Virus record (IMG/VR): IMGVR_UViG_3300042540_001822
Coordinates: 62,001 to 126,000 of that record
Direction: 5' to 3' (one strand)
Length of the DNA stretch: 64,000 nt
Shown here piece after piece: positions 29,729-39,160 of the stretch. Within the stretch, counting starts at the first letter, position 1, and every line of letters starts with the position of its first letter. The position numbers and the translations under genes were made by a program. The notes below the pieces were generated by a model. It made no database searches. It was not told the DNA's origin and was given only the letters and a program-made list of their open reading frames with translations.

Positions 29729-30362
29729 AATTAGGTCGTTCTCTTCCTTTCGAGAATCTGAGGATTTTGACGATGTTTTATTCGGATTCGAGGAACTTGG
29801 TTTATCAGAAAAAACCTACTCTTGGTCACAGATTTTGGAAGTTTGGGGTAATTTACGTTGGCTAAAAACAATTGTGGAAATAAGTATCCAAAAGCGGGCA
29901 GCACAAAATCGAAAACAATTGTCTGTAAAATTTGACGAACGTCAGATAAAACTAGAAATTGAATTTGAAGGAAGATTCGAGGTAGAAATTGATGTGGATT
30001 TTTTATCAGAAGAATTAGAAAATTCATTGGCTGTTCTTCCCGTTGATAAGACAACTGGATCTGAACCTAGATTTACGGAAAACCACATAATCGAAACTTT
30101 GTCTCATTCCGACCTGGAAGAACAGATTCAAGATGCAATTAATGATAGACAGCAAAAAGAAAATTCAAACTGGTGGGTTGAAATATATAATTACAAAACA
30201 GGAGATCCGGAGAATGATGTTATACATAATGGACCGGCGGAAATTGATTTTCATTTAGAAGCTGAATTGGCTGTAAAAAAAACAGAGTTTAATGAGATTA
30301 TGATGTCCGAAAAAATGGTAAAATGGCTCAAAAAAACACTTGAAAAATCAACATATACATGA
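29709..30362 (+). CDS. Protein with VLFGFEELG motif
   Basis: Start moved to MKKRES. Confidence 0.75.
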   Translation: MKKRESKIRSFSSFRESEDFDDVLFGFEELGLSEKTYSWSQILEVWGNLRWLKTIVEISIQKRAAQNRKQLSVKFDERQIKLEIEFEGRFEVEIDVDFLSEELENSLAVLPVDKTTGSEPRFTENHIIETLSHSDLEEQIQDAINDRQQKENSNWWVEIYNYKTGDPENDVIHNGPAEIDFHLEAELAVKKTEFNEIMMSEKMVKWLKKTLEKSTYT

Positions 30363-30970
30363 AAACATTTTTTTCCTTTCTAGAATCTGAAGATCTTAAC
30401 AACCTAGAGGACCTTTTGTCCGGATTTGAAGATCTGGGTTTACAAGATAGAAAATGGGATGAGGACCAAATTAGAGAATGTTTGGAGGAATTAAACTGGG
30501 ATGATTGTCTGACTTTCTTTGTAGAAGATTTTTTTATAGACTGGAGAGGACCGAATGTGAAAACCAAGACCAATTTAAACGGTTCAGAATTTTCAATTAA
30601 ACCAGATATCGAATGTAAAATTGGGGCTCATTTAGATGTTAAGAAATTATCAGAAACCTTAGCAGAAAAATTACAAAAAAAACCTAAAACCACCCAAAAT
30701 AAAAATTTGTTCACGATGGAAGAAATTCTCAAAGGCTTCAATTTTGTTAAATGGGGAAACATATGGTCAGATTTTATGGATGATATAAGTGACAATTATA
30801 AATCTTGGGTTAAAATCAAAATGCAAGTTGAGGTTGAAGATTTTGCTAGCAATTATCCAATAAACATCGAAACTAGAATTTTGTTTGACGACTCGGACCA
30901 AGCCCCTTTCAAAATGAAAGACTGGGACCACATTAATCGAGTTATTCAGAAAATTTTTATAGTTAACTAA
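30359..30970 (+). CDS. Protein with LLSGFEDLG motif
   Basis: MKTFFSFLE leader. Confidence 0.75.
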   Translation: MKTFFSFLESEDLNNLEDLLSGFEDLGLQDRKWDEDQIRECLEELNWDDCLTFFVEDFFIDWRGPNVKTKTNLNGSEFSIKPDIECKIGAHLDVKKLSETLAEKLQKKPKTTQNKNLFTMEEILKGFNFVKWGNIWSDFMDDISDNYKSWVKIKMQVEVEDFASNYPINIETRILFDDSDQAPFKMKDWDHINRVIQKIFIVN

Positions 30971-30993
30971 ATGAAAATTGATATTAATCATCT

Positions 30994-31329
30994 ATGAAAC
31001 ATCTAGCGAATTTTTTACTTTTCGAGAAGGTTATACTTCAGGGTGATAATATGAAGGAAAGAGCCGAAATTCTAAGAAAAATTATTCGAGGAAAATTAGA
31101 ACCAGATGATGTTATCAACAAAGACAAATTTGATTACAAGAAGTGGTCACAAACAATCAAAGAACTTAAGGCAATTTATTTAAGAAAAAAATTTACAATT
31201 ACGGATTCTCTAAATTTGCTTTATGTCGAACCTTCTTACCTTCCTGCCTATATAAAATTTGAAAAACCTAAACTGAAGGAAAAAAAGAAATCACCCGAAA
31301 AAGAAAAGGAAAAAACTAAGACAAAGTAG
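30994..31329 (+). CDS. Basic hypothetical protein with MKHLANFLLFE leader
   Basis: ORF track. Confidence 0.7.
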   Translation: MKHLANFLLFEKVILQGDNMKERAEILRKIIRGKLEPDDVINKDKFDYKKWSQTIKELKAIYLRKKFTITDSLNLLYVEPSYLPAYIKFEKPKLKEKKKSPEKEKEKTKTK

Positions 31330-31427
31330 TAAAACTTCCCAATTTAGGTAAATTTTAAGTTTTTTTCCAAGAATGTGTGAAACTTAAAATTCTCTCCATC
31401 ATAGAAAAGGTGTTTAAACTCAATTTT

Positions 31428-31631
31428 ATGTCAAACACAACCAAAAAACCCCAAGTGTCCTACCAGGACAAAATGAACGTCATCCACAGCAAAAGCAGAA
31501 GGGGTGATCAAAAAAGAATTTCCGAGATGACCGGTTATTCTGCCTCTTATGTGTCTGAAGTTTTGTCGGCTCGGTACAACAACGATGAAATCGTTAACTG
31601 CGCCTACAAAATTATGAGACCCCGGAAGTAA
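31428..31631 (+). CDS. Small HTH DNA-binding protein
   Basis: GDQKRISEMTGYSASYVSEVL. Confidence 0.7.
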   Translation: MSNTTKKPQVSYQDKMNVIHSKSRRGDQKRISEMTGYSASYVSEVLSARYNNDEIVNCAYKIMRPRK

Positions 31632-31645
31632 TTTTCTTCCAACTT

Positions 31646-31675
31646 CAAGCCCCACTTCGGTGGGGCTTTTTTTTT
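31646..31675 (+). terminator. Intrinsic terminator
   Basis: AAGCCCCAC-ttcg-GTGGGGCTT followed by a T-run. Confidence 0.85.
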
Positions 31676-31689
31676 AAATTTAAATCCAA

Positions 31690-32295
31690 ATGGAAATAAT
31701 TATCAAAAAAGACAGACCCAATTATTTTAAATCTCATCTTAAAAAATTAAAGACGGGAAGGGGGGTAATTTTACAAGCAGGGGAAGGAAAATCTGCCAAA
31801 GAAATTTTGTCTTGCTGGCCAGGTACAGTATTCTTGGTAGACTCGTGGTCTGATTCACAAGATATTGAAATAAGAGTACCGGGGATGGCGGGAGAAACAG
31901 TTTTGCTTCGGGCCTTGGACAGAATTAAGTTGTATGGAGATCGAGCTATTTTGATCAGGACCAGCACCGAAAAAGCGGGCAATTTATTTGGTCCAGAAAG
32001 TCTTGATTTTGTTTTTTTACAGGACATTACAACCTATGAAGAGGTCAAAAGCACAATCAAAGAGTGGATTCCTAAAATCAAACCAGGAGGTGTGATTGGC
32101 GGATTTGGATTTTTAAATTCTAATTTACAAAATTCCGGAAAAGAAAATGGTAACAATCAAATGATTTGGAACGAAGATGGGGTATTTTTGGGTTACTTTG
32201 GTGTTAACCGTGCAGTTAGAGAAACTGTAGGTTTTAGATTTGATGTAAGCGTAACCTCGGAAGAGGTAGGATCATGGTTTGTTACTCTTGAGTAG
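31690..32295 (+). CDS. Class I SAM-dependent methyltransferase-like (Methyltransf_24-like, degenerate)
   Basis: FLVDSW...SLDFVFL...WIPKIKPGGVIGG...FGVNRAV. Confidence 0.6.
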   Translation: MEIIIKKDRPNYFKSHLKKLKTGRGVILQAGEGKSAKEILSCWPGTVFLVDSWSDSQDIEIRVPGMAGETVLLRALDRIKLYGDRAILIRTSTEKAGNLFGPESLDFVFLQDITTYEEVKSTIKEWIPKIKPGGVIGGFGFLNSNLQNSGKENGNNQMIWNEDGVFLGYFGVNRAVRETVGFRFDVSVTSEEVGSWFVTLE

Positions 32296-32578
32296 GAGGT
32301 TCTTCACCCCTATTTCCATTTAATTTTTTTTCCTTTTGAATCTCCGTGAGTATGTAACCAGAAATGGCGAACTCAATCCCAGCCCAAATAGCTATATCTG
32401 AAGAAGTGGCCTCGGAGTGATTTTCAAGCAGCCAATAAACCATTCCCCATTGCCCGATGATAAAGGCTATGGAAGATTCTAGCCTTTTTTTGGAAAAAAA
32501 AGAAGATTGAGAGGTATAAATACCTAAAAGTTCTTTACCTAGCCAATATAGCCGATCTTTCCAAAATTCAATTTTCAT
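32282..32578 (-). CDS. Small 2-TM membrane protein (holin-like)
   Basis: Two hydrophobic segments after SSFFSKKRLES. Confidence 0.5.
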   Translation of the reverse strand: MKIEFWKDRLYWLGKELLGIYTSQSSFFSKKRLESSIAFIIGQWGMVYWLLENHSEATSSDIAIWAGIEFAISGYILTEIQKEKKLNGNRGEEPPTQE

Positions 32579-32633
32579 GGTTCAATTTTTTGATATATAT
32601 ATTTTTGGTGATTGAAAATGTATAATCTAATTT

Positions 32634-33458
32634 ATGAAACGTATCCTTCCATTTGTACTTTTCGAATCCAAAGCTGTTCGTCTTCTTTGTGGTCCCACCA
32701 AGAAGCAGGAGGAATTCTTAAATCGTTACACACGAGGAACCTGGTCTGTTAATCCATCAACTGGTTTGGTGGACGTTCAGGGTGATTTTGATTGTTTCGA
32801 TCTACGTCTGAAATCCTTTCGAGGAATCTCGTTCGGACATGTCAGTGGGTATTTCGGCTGTTCCGGCAACCAGCTGACCTCCCTGGAAGGAGCACCCCAG
32901 ACGGTGGGTGGGGGTTTCCACTGTTCCAACAACCGATTGACCTCCCTGAAAGGAGCACCCCTGACGGTGAACGGGGATTTCCTCTGTTACAACAACCAGC
33001 TGACCTCGCTGGCGGGAGCACCACAGACGGTGGGTGGGTTTTTTAAGTGTTACGACAACCAGCTGACCTCTCTTAAAGGAGCACCTCAGACGGTGGGTGA
33101 TGCTTTCTCCTGTTACGACAACCAGCTGACCTCCCTCGAAGGAGCACCTCAGACGGTGGGTGGGAAATTCTATTGTGATTTATTCGAAATACAAAAAGGC
33201 AAATGGAACATGGAAGGATGGGCGGAGGTTCTGAACACAGGAACACCAGCAGCCCAAAAATTGATTCTCACCCTCCCATGGCTAGGACCGGACTGGTGGA
33301 ACCAGGAACTCCAACGGGATCCAGCGAAAACAGTTCATCTATTGGCCACTGTATGGAACCACATGCCAAAGGACATGCAATCTGCAATCAAGATTCCTAA
33401 GGGATATGAGAATCAGTTGGATCTGTTTTCTGGATTCGACGAGCTGGGCTTGTTTTGA
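32634..33458 (+). CDS. LRR-like variable-module protein 12 (5 modules)
   Basis: Paralogue; ends QLDLFSGFDELGLF. Confidence 0.9.
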   Translation: MKRILPFVLFESKAVRLLCGPTKKQEEFLNRYTRGTWSVNPSTGLVDVQGDFDCFDLRLKSFRGISFGHVSGYFGCSGNQLTSLEGAPQTVGGGFHCSNNRLTSLKGAPLTVNGDFLCYNNQLTSLAGAPQTVGGFFKCYDNQLTSLKGAPQTVGDAFSCYDNQLTSLEGAPQTVGGKFYCDLFEIQKGKWNMEGWAEVLNTGTPAAQKLILTLPWLGPDWWNQELQRDPAKTVHLLATVWNHMPKDMQSAIKIPKGYENQLDLFSGFDELGLF

Positions 33459-33467
33459 TAATAAAAA

Positions 33468-34118
33468 ATGGAATCAGAAAAAAAAATTGAATTTGTTAAA
33501 TGGTTCTTGGGAACCTTTGTTCTGGTGATTATTACTACTTTTATTTCTTTTTACTTTCAGAATAGAGAACAATCTTTAAAAGAAGTTACTTTCTACGATA
33601 AATATGCCACGGAGCTTATCGTATTAAACCCAGATATTGCCAAAAGAAGACTTCTATCTCAATATTTTGCCCACGTAACACCAAACGCCCAAGTTAGGGC
33701 ACAATGGATGTCCTATTACAAAGTCGTAAACGAAGAATGGCTAAATTCTACCGGTCAACTAGCACCACCCCCACAATCATCCATCCCTTTAGATTCTTCT
33801 GCCACATTTTTCAGTGAGCATCAAGAACAAGAAAAAAAAGATGATCCTTTAGATTTCGTACTGCCTGGAACCAAATTTCAATCTGCTTCCGATTTGGAAA
33901 GGTTAGGCTGGGAATCTCTGCTTGATGGCAAATATGAAGATGCTCTCTTTTATTTTAGAAGGTGCGAGGACATATATCCAGGTTTCCATTCTATTTGGGA
34001 GACAATAAAATTTTTGGAATCTAACCCAAATTACGAAGTTTCAAGTATGAAAACTGATTTAAAAAAATACACATGGAAACTTCCGGCAGATTTAAAACGA
34101 AGAGTTGAATCTCTTTAA
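33468..34118 (+). CDS. Membrane-anchored protein with a C-terminal TPR-like helix pair
   Basis: N-terminal TM; GWESLLDGKYEDALFYFRRCEDIYP. Confidence 0.6.
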   Translation: MESEKKIEFVKWFLGTFVLVIITTFISFYFQNREQSLKEVTFYDKYATELIVLNPDIAKRRLLSQYFAHVTPNAQVRAQWMSYYKVVNEEWLNSTGQLAPPPQSSIPLDSSATFFSEHQEQEKKDDPLDFVLPGTKFQSASDLERLGWESLLDGKYEDALFYFRRCEDIYPGFHSIWETIKFLESNPNYEVSSMKTDLKKYTWKLPADLKRRVESL

Positions 34119-34145
34119 ATAAATGTTGAAATGGATATATAAAAA

Positions 34146-36077
34146 ATGCAATTTAATCTACAGAAATTTTCTGATTTCGTTTGGCAAAGAATTTTGGAGG
34201 AAGACGATAATCCGGTTTCACCTCAAACCACTCCCAATCCGTTTAGTTCACATTGGCTTGACCGAACTGCATTACCAGGAGACCCGGAATACGGGAAAAA
34301 AAAGTCTAGAATAGTTCCATTCGAAGAGGATATAAACCCGGAGGGATTTGTTCTAAAACAAAATCTTTTAAATTCCAATGGAATTATAATTGATAGTCTG
34401 ACTTTAAATAATGTCTTAACGGGATCAGTGTTAGATTTTGAAGAATTGAGAAAAATTCTATCCCGTATTTTTTATAAAATTGCCAGAAGTTCCAAAATCA
34501 AAAATTTTTTAATCCAAACTGAAAATATTTCAGGTTTAAAGTCCAATTGGATCATGTTTTTGGGAAAAGTTTGTTTGAAAAATTCATCCTTAACAGATGA
34601 AAAATTATTTTTAGATTTCAGATGGGTTAAGGCTGTGGAGGAAAAAACCGGAGGTTCAATGTGGGGAGGAGGAAAAGGAATTGATCCTGGAGCAATGACG
34701 ATTTTGTTTTATTCTATAGGATCTAATTCAGATCCAATCTACAATCGTTATATTCAGAAAAACGCTGCTTTAGGTGAGATTGCCAACCAAGCAGGACAGA
34801 GAATTGTCAGAGTGCCAAGTGCTTCCGAAATTAAATCGGTTCAACTACTCTATCCTTTAGGTAAAGATTTCACCTTCGAAATTGACCTCCAGGAAAATTT
34901 ATTTCAAATTCTGAATTCAATACAAACACAAATTCATTCTGCACAGGAGGAATTCCCAGTGGTAGATCAAAAACAAGAAAAAATTGATTTTGTACCTCAA
35001 AAAATATTCAATCTTTTCCAAGAAAATGCCATTTGGTTTTTAGATGGGGATTTGGTTTTTAACAACGAGAAAATTTTAGATATTTTTGATGCCATAGATG
35101 ATGGAAGATTTTTAATCTGGGATTCAAATCAGAAGACTTATTCTAGTCCAACCTATATTTTTACCGATGAAATGTTGGTGAAAACAAGAAAAAGACTGGA
35201 AAATTTTTTCTCCCATTTCTATGAACAATTTGAAAAACAAAAGTACTCTAGAGTTAGTTTGCAAAATCTTAACACACAAAATTTTAAAAATGCTTTTGAA
35301 GATATCAAGTTGTGCTTTGATAACTTTAAATTTAAAAAAGGAATGGATTTTAAAAAATTAAATTCCAAAATGAGACAAGAAATTGAAAAGACGACAGAAA
35401 ACAAAAAAAACCGTGTTTCTGATTTTTCTAATTTTTTGGCAGAAAGGGAAAAAATTTCCGCCAGGAAGAAAAATCCATGTTGGTCTGGTTACAAAAAGGT
35501 GGGAATGAAAACCAAAAATGGCAAATCCGTGCCCAACTGTGTTCCTGTAAACAAATCTAAGAATATTTTAGGAGAAAATGAGAATATAGATGACATAATT
35601 TCTGGGTTCGAAGATCTTGGAATTAATAAAAAACTCAAGGTTTGGTTTATAGACTGGGAGTCTCATGTAGATGGTTGTAGTCGATATCTATTGTGTGTTG
35701 AAGGCTACACCAGACCGGAAGCCATTTTGAAAATTGCAGAAACTTTGAGTGTAGAAGATGGGGTAGATCAGGAAGATTGGAAAAATTTTTTAAATCTCGT
35801 GGAAGAAGATAAAGATGGAATTTGGGGAGAATTGGTTCAACTAGTTCAGGAGTCGAATTACAGAGAGGAAGAAGAAACCCTTTTGTCTGTTAATGTCATG
35901 GATCACCCTAAACCCTCAGCTTTAGAACTTGAGCCTAGATCGCTCACTCTTTATAATGATTTCAATTCTTTTACAAAAAATGCAGAATTGGTTCTAGAGG
36001 CTGACAGAAATTTGAAATCTTGGTATGGAATAAATTTGGACTCAATTGAAAAATTAGAATCAGACCATTGGATATAA
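34146..36077 (+). CDS. Multi-module (possibly processed) protein with internal IISGFEDLG module
   Basis: Internal DFSNFLAE, PCWSGYKKVGMKTKNGKSVPNCVP, then a C-terminal domain homologous to the next three genes. Confidence 0.75.
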   Translation: MQFNLQKFSDFVWQRILEEDDNPVSPQTTPNPFSSHWLDRTALPGDPEYGKKKSRIVPFEEDINPEGFVLKQNLLNSNGIIIDSLTLNNVLTGSVLDFEELRKILSRIFYKIARSSKIKNFLIQTENISGLKSNWIMFLGKVCLKNSSLTDEKLFLDFRWVKAVEEKTGGSMWGGGKGIDPGAMTILFYSIGSNSDPIYNRYIQKNAALGEIANQAGQRIVRVPSASEIKSVQLLYPLGKDFTFEIDLQENLFQILNSIQTQIHSAQEEFPVVDQKQEKIDFVPQKIFNLFQENAIWFLDGDLVFNNEKILDIFDAIDDGRFLIWDSNQKTYSSPTYIFTDEMLVKTRKRLENFFSHFYEQFEKQKYSRVSLQNLNTQNFKNAFEDIKLCFDNFKFKKGMDFKKLNSKMRQEIEKTTENKKNRVSDFSNFLAEREKISARKKNPCWSGYKKVGMKTKNGKSVPNCVPVNKSKNILGENENIDDIISGFEDLGINKKLKVWFIDWESHVDGCSRYLLCVEGYTRPEAILKIAETLSVEDGVDQEDWKNFLNLVEEDKDGIWGELVQLVQESNYREEEETLLSVNVMDHPKPSALELEPRSLTLYNDFNSFTKNAELVLEADRNLKSWYGINLDSIEKLESDHWI

Positions 36078-36090
36078 AATAAGAAAATGT

Positions 36091-36600
36091 ATGGCACTTA
36101 AAAATTTTTTAGATTTTTTTCTGACCGAAAACTCAGAGGAAGAAATTAATTCTTTAATTTCTGGATTTGAGGATTTGGGCATAAATGAAAAGCCCAAGGT
36201 TTGGTTCTTCTCGGCTGATTCCAGAGCGGATGGTTTCATAGAAGAATTGTTGGTTGTAGAGGCTACAACTGAAATAGAAGCAATTAAGATGGTCTTAAAA
36301 CATTCTTTAATTAATTATGAAGAGGAAGAAGATGGTTCTATCTCCACTGAAGACGGCGACCCAATAAAAGATTTAGAAGACCTCGCAACAGCTTGTGAAG
36401 ATTATTACAGCGATGTAAATTATTCATTTTCTTTCATAGACCAAATTACACACCCATTCCCGAGCCGATATCAACCAGGCACAACTGAGTATTCAATTTA
36501 TAGACAATATCACGAGGGTTTAAGTAATGCTTTTAAGGAGATAAATAAAACCAACGCCGAATTAAAGAGAAAATATGGCATTGGATTGGAAGATTTATAA
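36091..36600 (+). CDS. Acidic LISGFEDLGINEKPKVWF family protein
   Basis: Tandem paralogue. Confidence 0.8.
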   Translation: MALKNFLDFFLTENSEEEINSLISGFEDLGINEKPKVWFFSADSRADGFIEELLVVEATTEIEAIKMVLKHSLINYEEEEDGSISTEDGDPIKDLEDLATACEDYYSDVNYSFSFIDQITHPFPSRYQPGTTEYSIYRQYHEGLSNAFKEINKTNAELKRKYGIGLEDL

Positions 36601-36619
36601 GGGATAAATAAAATTTAAA

Positions 36620-37120
36620 ATGGCACTCAAAAAATTTTTTGAATTTTCAATTTCTGAAACAGAAGAAGATCCCGAATCTTTAATTTCTGGATTTGAGGAT
36701 TTGGGCATAAATGAAAAGCCCAAGGTTTGGTTTTTCATTTTAGATTGGTACGATCACAATTTTACTGGAGATATAGATAATGAGATTCCGGATTATTCAT
36801 ATTTAATTGTTATAGAGGCAAATTCACAAAAAGAAGCCATGGATTTTTTAAGTGAATATAGTCAGTCAGAATTTAAGGAAGAAATTCTCAACAGAGAAAA
36901 TTGGAATCAATTTCTTAAAGAATTCAATCAAACTGCTTTGGAGGAAGCACATCCTATCGGATGTAAGTTACATCTTTTAAAAGAAATTTTCCACCCTTAT
37001 TCATCTAAATTTCAACCTGGTTTTGAATTATTTGCCCTTGATAAAGGGAACAACAAAATACTGAACCAAGAATTAATTCAAAAATATGGAGTGGGAACAG
37101 AAGACCTTCGTATTTATTAA
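36620..37120 (+). CDS. Acidic LISGFEDLGINEKPKVWF family protein
   Basis: Tandem paralogue. Confidence 0.8.
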   Translation: MALKKFFEFSISETEEDPESLISGFEDLGINEKPKVWFFILDWYDHNFTGDIDNEIPDYSYLIVIEANSQKEAMDFLSEYSQSEFKEEILNRENWNQFLKEFNQTALEEAHPIGCKLHLLKEIFHPYSSKFQPGFELFALDKGNNKILNQELIQKYGVGTEDLRIY

Positions 37121-37134
37121 AAAAATAAAAAATT

Positions 37135-37638
37135 ATGAAATTACAAAATTTTTCGAATTTTTCCCCCCAAAAAAAAGATGACTATGATATTGATTCTTTG
37201 ATTTCTGGATTTGAGGATTTGGGCATAAATGAAAAGCCCAAGGTTTGGTTTTTTGATTACTCTTGTTTTGGAGATGGAACTCACCAAAGAAACATTCTCG
37301 CCATACAGGCAATTTCCGAAATGGACGCCAAAAGAATGATGATGGAATATTTTAAAGCTGGAAGACCATCGAATTTTTCCCAAAAGTTGGGAAGCGATAA
37401 AGGCTGGGAAAATTTTCTAGAATTTATTTTAGAAAAAGCCAATCCTGCTCTTGGAATGGAAGTAATCGATTTAGTAAAAGAAATTCCATTTCCTAACCCT
37501 TCTCGATTCAAAGAGGGAATTAATAATTTGGTTTTATATTGGTCTGAAAATCAAGCAATTGATTGTTTTCATGCTATGAATGACGTAGAAGAATATCTTA
37601 GAAAAAAATATAATATTGGATTGGAAGATTTTTCCTAA
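37135..37638 (+). CDS. Acidic LISGFEDLGINEKPKVWF family protein
   Basis: Tandem paralogue. Confidence 0.8.
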   Translation: MKLQNFSNFSPQKKDDYDIDSLISGFEDLGINEKPKVWFFDYSCFGDGTHQRNILAIQAISEMDAKRMMMEYFKAGRPSNFSQKLGSDKGWENFLEFILEKANPALGMEVIDLVKEIPFPNPSRFKEGINNLVLYWSENQAIDCFHAMNDVEEYLRKKYNIGLEDFS

Positions 37639-37662
37639 GATCACCGAAAATTTGAATTCATT

Positions 37663-38061
37663 TCAGGTTGGATCGTGTGTGGATAATTTCCATTTCCACC
37701 CTTCAATCATCAATGAAGCAGTGGCATAATTCGTGGCTAGTGGCACATTGTAAACATTGCAAACTCTTAGAAGCATATTTACGTCCACAATGTGAGGATG
37801 AACAGCCAAGGGGTCGATAAAAAACACGACCCCATCCACATGTCCGTCTGCTATCATGGCGGCGATTTGGGCGTCACCCCCCATAGGTCCAGACTTCTTT
37901 TTCTCTACCCGAATCCCAGCATGTTCGATGTGTGTACCTGTGGTACCGGTGGCCACGATGTTGTGGAGGCAAAAGAAATCCATTCTTTTCATGATGAAAG
38001 CAACTATGTCAGCTTTTTTCCCATCATGTGCAATAACTGCTATGTTTAGCGGTTTGTTCAT
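37663..38061 (-). CDS. mgsA: Methylglyoxal synthase
   Basis: IAHDGKK, ATGTTG, SGPMGGDAQI, FFIDPL..PH.VD, PLATN.ATA. Confidence 0.93.
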   Translation of the reverse strand: MNKPLNIAVIAHDGKKADIVAFIMKRMDFFCLHNIVATGTTGTHIEHAGIRVEKKKSGPMGGDAQIAAMIADGHVDGVVFFIDPLAVHPHIVDVNMLLRVCNVYNVPLATNYATASLMIEGWKWKLSTHDPT

Positions 38062-39083
38062 AATTTTCTAAATTCTGGCTTCAAAATTTTCCAAATAGAA
38101 TGGGTAATGTCCTTTCCGTCAAGAAGACTAAAAAGCAAATTGGGATGTCTAAATCTGGTGGCCTGTTCCGCATAGGACTTCCGGTCGGAGGGATTAATTT
38201 TTCCAAGAATTTCTTGATGATAAGAAACATAGTCTTTTCGAATGTTGTCAAACCTAAGTGTTAAATCACCAGCTACCTCTTGGACCTTCCGATAAAATTC
38301 ATCAGGTACATCCACAAGTAAATTAGTGAAATCCCCACCGGAAGCCAAAACCTCCCAGATGGCTGTCGTGGAGAGATTGGTCATGATTTTATGTAATCGC
38401 AAATATTCCTCTCCTTTGATTTTCATCCTATCTCCATTCGAAAAACGGATCACAAAACCCTCTGCCTTATCGGAAATTTTCCCTTTTAAAGTGGAATAAT
38501 CTAAAATCCCATCGTATCTGGGAGTTATATCACAAACAATATATTTGGAAGTTAGATTTAAAATTTCGTAAGACATCTCTAATCCATCGTGGGTCCTAAA
38601 TGCTCCCAAAAGGGTGAGTTTATCTTCGTTACCGTAATCTACTACAATCCGGTTCCAAGGAGCAGTTAATTCAAATAAATAGGTATACTCGTCATCAAGA
38701 GTTGAAGTGTCAAGAGCATCAAGCAGTTTTTGTCCAGCAACGGCCTGATCTGAGGTGAAAGAACCTCTAGAGGAGACGAACCAACGGTCCCACACGAAAA
38801 ATGCAATTATCAGGGATCCGTCTATCTTTTCAAACACTTCGAAATCAGGAGTTGGGTTATGTTTGCCTTCCTCCAAATTAAAGAATTTACGGAAGGGCCT
38901 GGCACAGATTGTACCATCATCTGTCCAGGTAACCAATCCCCGGCAACTCAAAGTTACCTCGTCCCAAAGGGATTCGTATTGGACCTTTTCAGTGTAATTC
39001 CAAATTTCAAGGGGATACACTGGATGTTTCTGATGGTACAATAGACCTTGCTGGGCGTATTGACGTAAAGTTTGAAGTTCCAT
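38058..39083 (-). CDS. T4 Rnl1-like RNA ligase
   Basis: CRGL, RPFRKFFN, EKIDGSLI (motif I), SSRGSF, NRIVVDY, EGFV, KIK. Confidence 0.85.
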   Translation of the reverse strand: MELQTLRQYAQQGLLYHQKHPVYPLEIWNYTEKVQYESLWDEVTLSCRGLVTWTDDGTICARPFRKFFNLEEGKHNPTPDFEVFEKIDGSLIIAFFVWDRWFVSSRGSFTSDQAVAGQKLLDALDTSTLDDEYTYLFELTAPWNRIVVDYGNEDKLTLLGAFRTHDGLEMSYEILNLTSKYIVCDITPRYDGILDYSTLKGKISDKAEGFVIRFSNGDRMKIKGEEYLRLHKIMTNLSTTAIWEVLASGGDFTNLLVDVPDEFYRKVQEVAGDLTLRFDNIRKDYVSYHQEILGKINPSDRKSYAEQATRFRHPNLLFSLLDGKDITHSIWKILKPEFRKL

Positions 39084-39160
39084 ACCATATTTTAGTGTAA
39101 AAATACGAAAATTTTCTTGGAAAAATCTCCCAAAAAAATAATTTTAAGCTATTTTATAAT

